Source: an uncultured Planctomycetota bacterium (lineage in GTDB: Bacteria; Planctomycetota; Planctomycetia; Isosphaerales; Isosphaeraceae). From it: 64,000 nt of DNA. The stretch lies in contig CAWGMQ010000005.1 of assembly GCA_963823665.1 (NCBI GenBank), positions 1,888,001-1,952,000 on the forward strand. The letters run 5' to 3'. The notes under the pieces are model-generated. The model had not been told where the DNA came from. It did not search any database and saw only the letters and a program-made list of their open reading frames with translations. Shown one piece after another: positions 53,655-64,000 of the stretch. Positions within the stretch are counted from its first letter, which is position 1, and every line of letters begins with the position of its first letter. Position numbers and translations under genes: made by a program.

Positions 53655-54152
53655 TCAGGTCATGGTCGATGATCGTGCTCGACCACCATGGCGAGCTGGT
53701 ACGATCTCGATGTGCGATGTGTGACGTACTGACTCAGGGGACGAAGGGGCGGGAATGATCGGGAGAAGTCGAAATGATTCTTCCACGATTCGAGCCACTC
53801 CATCAGCCAGCGGCGAGGAAAGAAGTAATCGAAACTTTGCGATCAGCTCCTCGGCTCTTTCTGAAGAGGGCATCCGGCTTGCCAGCGGATTTGCGGTGGC
53901 TGCCGTCGTTCGTGCACCTGACCGAGTAACCGCGGCGACTCCGACTGAATCCGACGCAGATGTCAGCAAGACCTCGAGCGGAACACCAAGAGCTCGGGAT
54001 ATTCTCCTCAATGTGCCGGCTTGTGGCTTGCTCGTGCTACCTCGCTCGATCTGGTAGAGAGCGGTCCGGGAGATTTTAGCACGACTTGCCAGCTCGTCAG
54101 GGCCCCATCCCTTCGCGTAGCGAAGATCACGGATTCTCCTTGATAAGTCCAT
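53655..54152 (-). CDS. XRE-family HTH transcriptional regulator
   Basis: RIRDLRYAKGW..ELA..ISRTALYQIERG..TLRRISRALGV; AAAGGGA RBS. Confidence 0.9.
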   Translation of the reverse strand: MDLSRRIRDLRYAKGWGPDELASRAKISRTALYQIERGSTSKPQAGTLRRISRALGVPLEVLLTSASDSVGVAAVTRSGARTTAATANPLASRMPSSERAEELIAKFRLLLSSPLADGVARIVEESFRLLPIIPAPSSPESVRHTSHIEIVPARHGGRARSSTMT

Positions 54153-54563
54153 GGATGATCCCTTTCGTTGTTAGTTGACGTGCGAGATTAATTTGGCACC
54201 CGAATCGGCGCGATCCCGGCCTTGGGGAAGTTTGAACGTGCTGATCGGAGAACTGGGTGCAAATTCCCGAGGGATTTTGATGATCGGAGTCAAGTCGGTT
54301 CTACCGCCGGATGGAATTTGAACTCAACACTCTGCGGTGTGGAGCGTTTCCAAGTTCGATGGGGAGATGCGGGACAAGACGGCGTAGAAGATCAAAACGC
54401 CATCAATCGACCGACGAAATGCGAAGTCCGCGAAGAAGCCTGGAATAGCATTCCTTGCAATAATACTAAGATGTACAAGATCCGCACAATACAACTTATT
54501 CTATCACAATGTCGGATATTCTTGCCGGGGATCGGATCGCAAATAAAGAATTTGGTCAGCAAA

Positions 54564-55745
54564 TTATGGCACATGGAATCGATAGCCAAGAACACGTGCC
54601 CAGAGGTGCTCGTAGGCCGCGACGGTCTGTTCCAGTGAGAATTCGTGCTCGGCACGGAGTTGTCCAGCCCGGCCGTAGCGCCTGAGACGTTCGGGCGATT
54701 CCGCTGCTTCGAGAAGAACACGTGCAAGAGTTACCGCGTCATGTGGCGGCACGAGCCAGCCTGTTTGACCAGGAACGATCAGATCCTCTGTACCTTCGAC
54801 CGCGGTGCCGATTACCGCGATTCCAGCAGCCATCGCCTCCAGAACCGAGTTCGGCATTCCTTCCCAGAGTGAGACATGCACCAGAACGTCGGCAGATTTA
54901 AGCAAGCTCGGAATATCATTGCGTCGGCCCAACCAGTGAACCCTACCGCGCAGTACGTTCGAGTCGGCGATATGGCGTACCAGCCAGTCTCGGCAGGGAC
55001 CATCGCCAGCCAATGCGAGGTGCCAGTCCGGCCTCTCGGAAATCACTTGTTCTGCTGCTTGAAGTAGGTCCGGCAGCCCTTTCTGTCGATCGAGTCGGCC
55101 GACATACAGTGCCAAATGCGCATTGGCTGGGATTCCAAGAGCAGCTCGTGGAACAGGGACAGCAGCAACAAACGGCGTGACGTCAATCCCGTTTGGAATG
55201 ACGGTGAGGCGTTCGGGATCAAGCCCGACGATGTCACGGCTAAAGCGTAAGACACCCTGCGAGACACACACTGACCCAGTACTTAACACAGCGGTAAGGC
55301 GATCTAGAGTCAAGTGCCAGCGCCTCTCGCGCTCAGCAACGCGTAATCCTCCGATGACCCAGGGAGAACCAGCCCACGGAGCGGCGAAGCGGGTCAGCAA
55401 ATTTGCATGAAACATGAAGCTTTGCACTAACTGCGGTTTAAAGCGGCGCAGGCCTCGCGCGAGCCGAGTGACTGCTTGAAGTGGGCGTTGCCGACGAATG
55501 TTCAGGCATTCGCACGGCACATTTGCGTCGAGCAATGCGTCGACCAGAACCCCACGTTTGTCGAGGCAAAATACTGCTGGCCGCCACCGCTGCGGGTTTA
55601 AACGCAATGTCAAGGAGACCAGCGCACGTTCGGCGCCACCCACATCCAGGTCAGTAATCACCAATGCGACCGGAATCGGCTGTTCTTGCCAGATGCGAGA
55701 AGCTTCAGCACTTCGGGCCAGTCGTTTACTGAGACTCTGTTGCAC
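54564..55745 (-). CDS. GT4-family glycosyltransferase
   Basis: GGAER, IPNGID, VGRLDRQKG, EGMPNSVLEAMAAG. Confidence 0.93.
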   Translation of the reverse strand: MQQSLSKRLARSAEASRIWQEQPIPVALVITDLDVGGAERALVSLTLRLNPQRWRPAVFCLDKRGVLVDALLDANVPCECLNIRRQRPLQAVTRLARGLRRFKPQLVQSFMFHANLLTRFAAPWAGSPWVIGGLRVAERERRWHLTLDRLTAVLSTGSVCVSQGVLRFSRDIVGLDPERLTVIPNGIDVTPFVAAVPVPRAALGIPANAHLALYVGRLDRQKGLPDLLQAAEQVISERPDWHLALAGDGPCRDWLVRHIADSNVLRGRVHWLGRRNDIPSLLKSADVLVHVSLWEGMPNSVLEAMAAGIAVIGTAVEGTEDLIVPGQTGWLVPPHDAVTLARVLLEAAESPERLRRYGRAGQLRAEHEFSLEQTVAAYEHLWARVLGYRFHVP

Positions 55746-55816
55746 CGGTTAACTGCACCGCGTGATCAATTTGCCTTTCGACCGGGGTTCGCTGAATTCC
55801 GTTGAAAGAAGATCCG

Positions 55817-56545
55817 TCATGAGGCAAAACGCTGATCAATCCATGACGGGGTGAGATCCCCCAGCCCAAGGATGACGTCATCAGCTCCTGCACTCAAGAG
55901 TTGTTTCGCGGAGTAGGTGTTAGGTACCCCGATGGCCCACATTCCGGCACTCTTGGCCGAGACGATCCCGGCCAAACTATCTTCAATCACCAAGCAGTTC
56001 GTGGGGGTCAGGTCGGTTCGTTTCTTGGCACTGCGTTCTATCATATCGCCAGCCTTCCCCGTTTGGTTTCGCAACGCAGCCAAGGCGAGCTGGTAGCCTT
56101 CGGGATGTGGCTTACAGTTCGTGGTGTCCTCAGCCGAGATGATCACGGCGACCTGATCGAGCTGATTCAGCAACTTTAAAGAGTATTCAATTTCCGCACG
56201 GAGAGCCCCTGAGCAGATCGCAATTGGCCATCGCGCGGACATGGTTCCCAAGGTTTCGCCCGCCGCTGGAAAGAAACGCAAGCCTTCATTGGCAACTTCG
56301 GTATAACGGCGTGCCTTTCGCGCAATAAGCCGATCGATGTATGGTGTGTCGACGAACTTTTGCGAATCGAGGAGAACCATTTCAAAACACTTTCGGTCGT
56401 CATACCCCAAGTATCGTTCTACATACTCTTCGAGTGAAAGCTGCACGCCTTCTTTGGCCAATATCTCGCTGAACAAGGAGAAGTGCACTGACTCGTCGTC
56501 GACCAACACACCATTGAAGTCAAAGATGATCGCATCGATACCCAT
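55817..56545 (-). CDS. HAD-superfamily phosphatase (CbbY/beta-PGM-like)
   Basis: IFDFNGVLVD, KPHPEGY, IEDSLAG. Confidence 0.9.
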   Translation of the reverse strand: MGIDAIIFDFNGVLVDDESVHFSLFSEILAKEGVQLSLEEYVERYLGYDDRKCFEMVLLDSQKFVDTPYIDRLIARKARRYTEVANEGLRFFPAAGETLGTMSARWPIAICSGALRAEIEYSLKLLNQLDQVAVIISAEDTTNCKPHPEGYQLALAALRNQTGKAGDMIERSAKKRTDLTPTNCLVIEDSLAGIVSAKSAGMWAIGVPNTYSAKQLLSAGADDVILGLGDLTPSWIDQRFAS

Positions 56546-56892
56546 TAAATCGCCTCGGGTCCGCGCTCGCCGGTCCGGATCCGGATGCAGTCGTCAAGCG
56601 GGAGGATAAAGATCTTACCGTCGCCAATCTTGCCATCCGGCCCGCTACGACCGGCTTCAAGGATTGCGTTGACGGTCGGCTCGACAAAATCTTCATTCAC
56701 GGCGATTTGAAGTTCGATTTTCCGCAATAAGTTCACAGTCACCTCATGCCCGCGATACACCTCCGTGTATCCCTTCTGCCGACCGAATCCTTGAACATCC
56801 ATGACCGTCAGACGAAATACCTCTACCTTGGATAATGCATCCTTGACGGCCTCTAACTTCGTGGGCTGAATAATCGCGATGATGAGCTTCAT
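56545..56892 (-). CDS. glnB: P-II nitrogen regulatory protein
   Basis: MKLIIAIIQP.KL..VK.AL, GFGRQKG, YRG, GKIGDGKIF, IRIRTGERG. Confidence 0.95.
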   Translation of the reverse strand: MKLIIAIIQPTKLEAVKDALSKVEVFRLTVMDVQGFGRQKGYTEVYRGHEVTVNLLRKIELQIAVNEDFVEPTVNAILEAGRSGPDGKIGDGKIFILPLDDCIRIRTGERGPEAI

Positions 56893-57109
56893 GAGGGAAT
56901 TCAAACCAGCGAATTGGGTATTCCGCGGCGAGCTTTTCGTCGCACAATCTCGCGCTTTTGGCGCCGATGGCAACTCTTCGTAATTACTGCCATCATAATC
57001 AATCCTCGCGATAAGTTCCTGTGCTTTCTGCTGGGTCTGATTCAAGAAATGCGTAGAGCCCACTAATTTCTTCGGCGCGAAGTGTTCTCCATACGTGACC
57101 AGAATAACT

Positions 57110-57778
57110 ATGGCTCCGAGGAACCTGGCCATGAACTGGTGCGACAATCACAACGAACGCTGGGACGACGAATCTGTATTTGATCTTGAAGTTCTGCTCG
57201 TACTTGCCAAGGGAGGGGACGGTGCGGCACTGGGGAGGTTACTGGAGCGCTATCGCAACTATGTAGGTCTTCTGGTTCGGCTCCAGATCGGCCGTCGGCT
57301 GCGTACAAAGGTGGACATCGAGGATCTGCTCCAAGAAATCTGGCTCGAGATTCACCGAAAGATTGGATTATTCCGCGGAGGATCCGAACGCGAGTTCTTG
57401 AGTTGGGCGCGACGGTTGATTGGTTCGATCTTGGCCAATCAAGTACGACATTACATCGGTACCAAAAGCCGTGACCTTCGCCTGGAGCGGGCGCTGGCCG
57501 ATGAGCTTGACCAATCGTCGCGAGCGCTCGACGAAAGCCTGATTGCAACTCACAGTTCCCCCAGCCAGCAAGCCGTTCGCCGCGAGCAGGCGGTACTCCT
57601 GGCTGATGCCTTGCAAGGCCTTCCGGAAGACTATCGTGAAGTGATCATTCTGCGGCAGCTTGAAGGGTTGAGCTTTCCTGACGTTGCTCGCCGCATGGGC
57701 CGAACCGAAGACAGCGTCAAGAACGTGTGGCTTCGTGCCTTGGCCAGATTGCGGCGAATGCTGGAGGACCCGCGATAA
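57110..57778 (+). CDS. ECF sigma factor, planctomycete-type
   Basis: ALGRLLERYRNY, KVDIEDLLQE, SSPSQQAVRRE, LPEDYREVIILRQLEGLSFPDVARRMGRT. Confidence 0.92.
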   Translation: MAPRNLAMNWCDNHNERWDDESVFDLEVLLVLAKGGDGAALGRLLERYRNYVGLLVRLQIGRRLRTKVDIEDLLQEIWLEIHRKIGLFRGGSEREFLSWARRLIGSILANQVRHYIGTKSRDLRLERALADELDQSSRALDESLIATHSSPSQQAVRREQAVLLADALQGLPEDYREVIILRQLEGLSFPDVARRMGRTEDSVKNVWLRALARLRRMLEDPR

Positions 57779-57791
57779 TGAGTTGGCCCGA

Positions 57792-60520
57792 TCATGGAGG
57801 ACTCCACGGACCAACCAGTTTGGGATCTGCACCAGGATGAGATTGAGGCCACGTCGAGTCTTCGATCGCAAAGTCGCGCGGCTGAAGCTGTTCCCCGCGT
57901 GCCGAGGGGTCAACTTGATATTTGAGCTTGATCCGAATAGGGTCTTTTTCCTGTCGGACGAAATCAAGCCATCCCTGTAGATCTGTTGCCGCTGCGGAGA
58001 GAACCGGGGTTCCCTCACTCGCTGAGTTAACGATCCAACTGTGCCCGAAGACGTCGTAATTGTTCAATTCGCCACGCCACTGGATCTGCTCCTGCGGGCG
58101 CCGCTTGGGATTGACCGCCAATAGAGTATTCGAACGCAAAACACACTGTTTCACCTCAACCTGTACCAAAGCCGGCCCGGGGCTGTCGGTCAGATCAAAC
58201 AGTCCCGCCCCTTCCAATGTGCAGTGATCAAGGAGAAAATTCGGCTGAAACACCTTCGCCTGGGGTCGTACGGAACTGGAAAACCGGAGCTTCGCGCCCC
58301 AACCGTATCCTTCGCCGGGGGAACCCTCGGCTAAATCGCGGACTGGAGCGTGAACGATCATGGTGTGCCTCATTCGCACACTCGTTCTGAATTCGGCGGC
58401 GACTTCCATCACGCTATCAAAACCCTCAAACCAACAACGGTCCAGGTCGAGCAAACCGATGTCAGATTGAACCACGCGACATCCCTTGGGGTGCGGGCCT
58501 GGCGCGACCTTGAACGCGCATCGGTCCATCTTCAGGCTGTTCGCCGTCGTGATCACCGCCGGTGGTGCCGGGGAGGTAGGCACGGTCGGTTTTGGGTAAT
58601 GGACCACAATCGTGACGCCGGAGATTTTCAATGTCACACCCGAGCCCAACACGAGCAGAGACTTTGTGCCATTCAGCGTGACGTCGATAACAGGCTGTGT
58701 TCCGTCGGCAGCGCGAATACCCAGTGTTCCCCTTGCCGTTCGGAAATCGAGGGGAGCGCTGCCGACGCTGACCAGTTTCAGCGGCTCGCGGTTTCGCAAC
58801 TCCACCCAGCCACGACCGCCCAAGGCAGTCTTCATCGCATCAAATAGCTTGTCAGCGGCAAAGAATTGCTCCGCTCCAGAATCAGATCGAACCACGATTG
58901 GGGCGATTGAATCCGCGGGAATTGACTGTTGAGCTGTCGATTTTTCTTTCACGTCGGGTGGGTTGCTTGCGGGTTCCACCTTGTCGCTTGGAAGTGGAGC
59001 ACCAAGCCTTTTGGCCGTTCCTGCTGTTTCCGCAAACGGGTTGATGACAGCAAGAAGTCCCACAAGGAGCAACACGATAAACGTGATTGCAAGCAGCACC
59101 CAAAGCCAATTGCGCGGCAATTGTAATAGCGAATTGCCTTCGGACGAGCCACCCGAGTTACTCGCACCCGATCGTGTCTTGGGCCGGGATAGGCCCTCGG
59201 TCAGCGATGGCTCCGGAGCTAAAATGAGATCGAGTGAAAACTCGGGATCGCTCCCTTGACCGCTCTGGGGACTCTTAACAGTGGACGGAACCCGAACGTT
59301 TGACTCCGCGTTATGATTTACGGCGGCGTCCGGTAACGTCTTCACTCGAACCGATTCCGCGACGGCGAGTCCGGCTGCCCTGGATTCCGCACCCTCATCA
59401 AGCCGCGGGGCACCGACTACAACCGCGTTCGGAGAAACAACGCCGGTTGCGGGCGTGACATGCTGCCCATTGTCTCGGTCGGTCGCGACAGAATTCTCAT
59501 CTTCATACGACTCCAATGCCTGCGCAACCTGCAAGCGGTGTGGCGTAGCGATCATCAGGCGACTTGCTCATCATTCGCTGCACAACTTCCGAGAGCCCAG
59601 GCGACAGATTCGGAACAAGCTGCGATAGCGATGCCGGCTCCATCGCCTGGTGTGCAAAGAGCTTTTCAGGCAGACTCGGCGTCGGAAACGGCACCTGACC
59701 TGAGCACATGTGATATAATGAACATCCAAGCGAATAAATATCGCTTCGGATGTCTGCGGAATGTGAGTGCCGCGCCTGCTCAGGAGCAACATAGTCGAAC
59801 GTGCCGACTGTGGCTCCTTCACGAGTCACCCGATCATCCTCGGCCAGGTCAATCGCCAGCCCCAGGTCGGCAAGCTTGGCCGTTCCATCACGAGTCACCA
59901 GGATGTTGTACGGGTTGACATCACGATGGACCAGCCCTTTGCGATGGGCGTGCTCCAGGCCCATGCGCCACTTGCCGTACAAGCTTCACCGCAGTCGGCG
60001 GAGAAATCGCACCCTGCTCGGAAATCAACGTGCCAATGGTCTTGCCTTCGATGTACTCCATCACGAGATAGTACCGGCCACTGGATTCGCCGAAGTCGTA
60101 GATGCGCACCAGGTTCTCGTGCTGCAACTGGGCGCCGACGCGTGCCTCACGCTGAAACCGCGCAATGGCTCGCGGGTTGTTCACTCGCTCGGGTGACAGA
60201 ATCTTGAGGGCTACCTCACGGTTCAAACGGGTGTCCGAGCCAGGTAAACTCGTCCCATGCCCCCCTGGCCAATCAAGTCCAGGAGCACGTAACGATCGAC
60301 TTTGAAACCGCTCGTTCGCCCAGCAATGATTTGCTGCGCTTGCCACAAGCGAGAGTGCCCGCGCCTGAACGGCCTGCCGAGCGAGCCGACGGTCAATGTG
60401 TTGTGGATCATCGCGTTTTCCCGGTGGAATCGCGTTCCAGCAGGCAGTCAACCCCTGTGCGTCCATCAGGCCGCTCAATATGGTTGACTGCCAGAATCGC
60501 GATTCCTTGGGATCGAGCAT
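57792..60520 (-). CDS. Membrane Ser/Thr kinase with a large extracytoplasmic beta-rich domain; about 4 frameshifts (near 60355, 60240, 59970, 59545)
   Basis: Pieces in successive frames: MLDPKESRFW; IGQGGMGRVY; VALKIL..HENLVRIYD; HRDVNPYN..DLGLA..GTFDYVAPEQ..DIYSLG; TM WLWVLLAITFIVLLLVGLLAVI. Confidence 0.85.
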
Positions 60521-60852
60521 GGGGCGTCCTGAAACGGCATCGCCTTCGTCACCACCGCACGACCACGGCAAAGTGGCAAGTAACATTTTAGCTTATCAAC
60601 TCCTGACGTTTTCTCTCAACGAGCCTATGAACAAAAGCGCACCAGAGGGCGAGACATCCGGCTTCGCGAAGCTGTCCGAGTTCATCCGCCGACGCGTGGT
60701 TCGGCTCTCGGAGTCCGGCACGAGTTCGTTGTTTCCAGTCGACATCGATGAATTTCTCGCTGCTGGAGTCGTCACCATGATCAGATCACGGCGTTACACG
60801 AGAGACGGATTTTGGTTTCGCAACAAGTGTCGGAACAAGAGGGCCGATCGGA

Positions 60853-61207
60853 ATGGCGAAAGATCAGTTGATTCTTCCTCGTGCAGATTCCCGATGCGGC
60901 AAGGCATTCTACAGCGACCGGCGAGTTGCCGATGCGACACCGCATCGCCCTGGAATTCTGGAACCAAGCAACGGGTTCAGTCCGCGCCGGTTATCACTTG
61001 GTCGTGCACCGCTGCAAGCAATGTGGAGGCTTCCACATCAGCAAGCGGCGAATCGAGAAACCGACTCTGAAACTCCTCCCCTCACACCAAACACTGCCGC
61101 CTGCGGAGACAAATCAGTTAAACTCGGCAATCGTGAATGCGGGCCGATCGCCCGCTGTCCGACGGAACCGGCAGTATGAGCGACCACACTCGCATCGAAT
61201 GGACTGA
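60853..61207 (+). CDS. Small Cys/His zinc-ribbon-like protein; frameshifted near 60938
   Basis: RCGKAFYSDRRVAD, then IALEFWNQATG..HRCKQCGGFHI in the next frame. Confidence 0.55.
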
Positions 61208-61986
61208 CGCGACCTGGAACCCAATCCGAGGTTGCACCAAGATCAGTCCAGGCTGCGCCCATTGCTACGCCGAAACATTCGCCGAGCGGTTCCGTGGTGT
61301 TGACGGTCATCCTTATGAACAGGGGTTCGACCTGCGGCTAGTCCCAGAAAAGCTCGCCGACCCCCTGAAGTGGTCCAGCCCCCGGATGGTATTCGTGAAC
61401 TCGATGAGTGACCTCTTTCATGAAGATGTACCCTATCAAGTACATCCGGGAGACCGTCGAGGTCATGCTCCAGGCGAATTGGCATACCTACCAGGTCTTG
61501 ACCAAACGATCAGTGCGATTACGCGAATTACTTCAGACCAGACTGAACGACGCGGCCGCTGCGCCGCAGATCTGGTGGGGCGTCAGCGTCGAGAACCAGC
61601 GTGACGGATTGCCGCGCATTCGCGACCTGCAGCAAACACCCGCCATCACTCGCTTTCTTTCCGTCGAGCCCCTTCTGGAAGACCTCGGACCACTCGATCT
61701 CACCGGAATTCATTGGGTGATCGTTGGAGGTGAAAGCGGTGCCGGATGCCGTCCAGTCGATGGCAACTGGATCACGTCAATCCGAAATCAGTGCCAGAAA
61801 TCCGGTGTCTCGTTTTTCTTCAAACAGTGGGGTGGTCTCCGCAAGACAAAAGCCGGTCGATCACTCGACGGGCAGACCTACGATGAAGTACCCGACCGAC
61901 GCAGCAAGGTCGCGATCGATCATGAACGCAGAAAACAGCTCCTGGCCTCGCACCAGCACCGTCGCAACGGCCGCCAGGCACCTTGA
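61176..61986 (+). CDS. DUF5131 / phage Gp37-Gp68 family protein; frameshifted near 61435
   Basis: IEWTDATWNPIRGCTKISPGCAHCYAE, FVNSMSDLFH, QVLTKR, FLSVEPLL, WVIVGGESG, FFFKQWGG. Confidence 0.92.
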
Positions 61987-62016
61987 CTGCGCTTGATCGC
62001 TACAGGCGCCTGAGCC

Positions 62017-63699
62017 TCAGACCGACACAAGATCCTGACCCTGGCCTTCGACCAGTGAAAGGAGTAGCGATCGGTCCTTGCTCCGCGATTCGCCGATCGC
62101 CGTGACGTACACAGCAGGATCGTCCTTCACCGGGCATTCGTGCTCGCAGATACCGCAGCCAATGCACTTGACCGGGTCGATGTAGGGCCGCTTCAGCTCG
62201 ATCGTCGCTCCCCAACGGTCCGTCACCTCGACGTTGCGGGTGAAGATCGCCTTGGGGCTGACCGGGCAAACTTCCTCGCAAACCACGCAACTCGTATCCA
62301 TTGCCCACGGCAGGCAGCGCCCCTGGTTGTAGAACGCGGTGCCCGTCTTCACCGGTCCCTTACCCTCGAATGGCCCGATGCCCAGCTTCTCGGCGATCGA
62401 GATTTCACGAATCGCGCCCGTCGGACAGACCTGGCTGCACAAGGTGCAGTTGAGCTCGCACCATCCCATCTTGGAGATCATGATGGGCGTCCACAGCCCC
62501 TCCAGTCCCGCTTCAAACAAGGCAGGTTGCAAGACGTTCGTCGGGCAAACCCGGATGCACTGATCGCATTTGATGCAGCGCCGCAAGAACTCATCTTCGG
62601 CAACCGACCCCGGTGGCCGGATCACACCGCGCTGAAAGTTCTTCCGCACTCCCCCGGAGAGCCTTGTCATCGGAAAGAACAGCAAGCCGAAGAGTCCGGA
62701 CAGGACCAGCTCACGCCGGCCGACAGCCGGATAGGCAACTTCACTTGCCTTGCGCGGAAGGAACCGGAACGACAGAGCATCGTGCGGGCAGTCGTCGATA
62801 CAGTTGAGGCAGACGAAGCATTCGCTCTTACGAAGATCACCCTGCGGGTCAGATGCGCCCTCACAGCTCTTCAAGCACAGATCGCAATCGGTGCAGCGCA
62901 CCGGGTCGCGGTCGATCCGCCAGAGCGCGAACTTACTAAAAATCCCCAGCAGTGCACCCAGCGGACAAACCACCCGGCAAAAGAAGCGCGGAATCCACCA
63001 GTTGGCGACCAGAAAGCCAATGAAGACAAGCCCCACGACCCACGCCTGCCAGTACTCGCGCGGCTCCGTGTACACGCTCTCGGTCGCTTTGTGCACCGAC
63101 GGAAGAACGCTCGTGGTCATTGAGCGAACCGTCAGTGCAATCGGGTCCAGCAGACCGATTTGAAGCGTGCTGTTGGTTCGCTTGTGCTCTTCTGCCGAGC
63201 GGGCAATTCCGGTCTCCACTGCCGCAACCACTCGCGCAACGCCAGTCTGCTGCAACTCGGCTCCCTGGTACGCCCCCAAGATTTGCCCGGGCGCGTCGAT
63301 TGCAGTGGGAATGATCCACAAACTGGCCATCGCAATCATCACCGCCAGAATGTAGTACTTGATCGCGTAAATCTTGCGATATCGATTCACCTCGATCATC
63401 TGCTTCGTGTTCCGGCGATTGCCGATCCAGCCGAAGAAATGGTGCAGAATTCCGAACGGGCACATCCAGTTGCACCAAACTCGGCCCAGCATCATCGTGA
63501 TGGCGATGATCACCAGGCCCCACACCAGATTGCGGTAGATCGTGTGCGTCGTCAGTGCGGTCGCCACGGCGACGAGCGGAGTCGCTTCAAGAAAGAGCGA
63601 CACCGGCCATCCCTTGAGATAGCGCAGGTCGGTGATGAACAGAAAGAAGAGAAAGAGCCCGAGGAAAAGGGCCTCGTAAGCACGTCGGATCTTAACCAT
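62017..63699 (-). CDS. Membrane polyferredoxin (NapH/MauN-like fused to NapG/MauM-like)
   Basis: TM helices with CNWMCPFG and CRVVCPLG; several CxxCxxC..CP clusters; IRPPGS..FLRRCIKCDQC. Confidence 0.9.
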   Translation of the reverse strand: MVKIRRAYEALFLGLFLFFLFITDLRYLKGWPVSLFLEATPLVAVATALTTHTIYRNLVWGLVIIAITMMLGRVWCNWMCPFGILHHFFGWIGNRRNTKQMIEVNRYRKIYAIKYYILAVMIAMASLWIIPTAIDAPGQILGAYQGAELQQTGVARVVAAVETGIARSAEEHKRTNSTLQIGLLDPIALTVRSMTTSVLPSVHKATESVYTEPREYWQAWVVGLVFIGFLVANWWIPRFFCRVVCPLGALLGIFSKFALWRIDRDPVRCTDCDLCLKSCEGASDPQGDLRKSECFVCLNCIDDCPHDALSFRFLPRKASEVAYPAVGRRELVLSGLFGLLFFPMTRLSGGVRKNFQRGVIRPPGSVAEDEFLRRCIKCDQCIRVCPTNVLQPALFEAGLEGLWTPIMISKMGWCELNCTLCSQVCPTGAIREISIAEKLGIGPFEGKGPVKTGTAFYNQGRCLPWAMDTSCVVCEEVCPVSPKAIFTRNVEVTDRWGATIELKRPYIDPVKCIGCGICEHECPVKDDPAVYVTAIGESRSKDRSLLLSLVEGQGQDLVSV

Positions 63700-63994
63700 C
63701 TGTCCCTCCGTCAGGGGCGTCCGGCTTGCTGCGCGGATTCGTGCGGCTGTTTTTTTTCGTCCACTGGTCCGCGATTGTCAGCAGCCGGGAAAGCGGCAGG
63801 ACGAATCCAGGGAGAAGATCCGTCTGGTAGGTTTCGGTTTCCGCAATAATGTCACAGGTCGGCTCGGCGTAACGGTTCCCTCGCGCGAATTGGCCCGGAT
63901 AAAGCGCATCAAACTGCGCCGGCGTCATCAACCGCCCTGCTGATCCAAAACCAATGCGAACCTGCCGCTTTTTGGGGGTCGTGGCCTGGCTCAA
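63692..63994 (-). pseudogene. Uma2-family endonuclease with the central catalytic part deleted
   Basis: N-term GRLMTPAQFDAL..RY joined to C-term ETYQTDLLPGFVLPLSRLL; no PD..EV.S core. Confidence 0.7.
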
Positions 63995-64000
63995 ACCGTG

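Noticed and set aside
56545..57147. N-terminal extensions in the ORF track for P-II (also sorA, RRM, sulfotransferase, queA, 27803..29071)
   Set aside because: Recognisable family N-termini and RBS positions indicate later starts; the extensions are just open upstream frame.
61176..61986. Gp37/Gp68 gene as evidence of a prophage
   Set aside because: No structural, terminase or integrase genes nearby.

Overview
GC-rich bacterial DNA, almost certainly from a planctomycete (Isosphaeraceae-like), judged from the DUF1592/DUF1552 pair, DUF4058, Ftr/FhcD, Ser/Thr kinases, ECF sigma factors and planctomycete-type REP palindromes. Two mostly core blocks flank an accessory region. The left block (1-9.5 kb) has hlyIII, a double FKBP, a kinase, nusB, a PHP protein, 5-formyl-THF cyclo-ligase and ftr. 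The right block (37.5-64 kb) has a HerA-like ATPase, DUF1592/1552, ppk2, rlmN, sigma factors, comF, hemC, queA, a nucleotide-sugar dehydrogenase, P-II, a kinase, DUF5131 and a polyferredoxin. The accessory region (about 9.5-36.6 kb) carries: (i) a SorAB-like Mo-enzyme operon ending in a single-chain CcoN-CcoO-cytochrome c-cytochrome c oxidase-like fusion and an unannotated 50-aa membrane protein; (ii) a divergent malic enzyme-alsS-alsD operon; (iii) a NADAR-SMI1/KNR4 fusion; (iv) four same-orientation decayed copies of one SAM-methyltransferase gene alternating with about 1-kb cargo units (hsp20, toxin-antitoxin-like pairs whose toxin cores are deleted); (v) a promoter-led structured RNA with mutually exclusive antiterminator/terminator pairing; and (vi) many deletion-scarred remnants (ArsR/SDR, tuf, DJ-1, DUF4058, HEPN). 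About 11 apparent single-base frameshifts in otherwise intact genes suggest long-read indel errors. By eye, GC skew appears to flip between about 53 and 60 kb, possibly the replication terminus. No rRNA, tRNA or CRISPR array was seen. All family calls are motif recognition without database searches.
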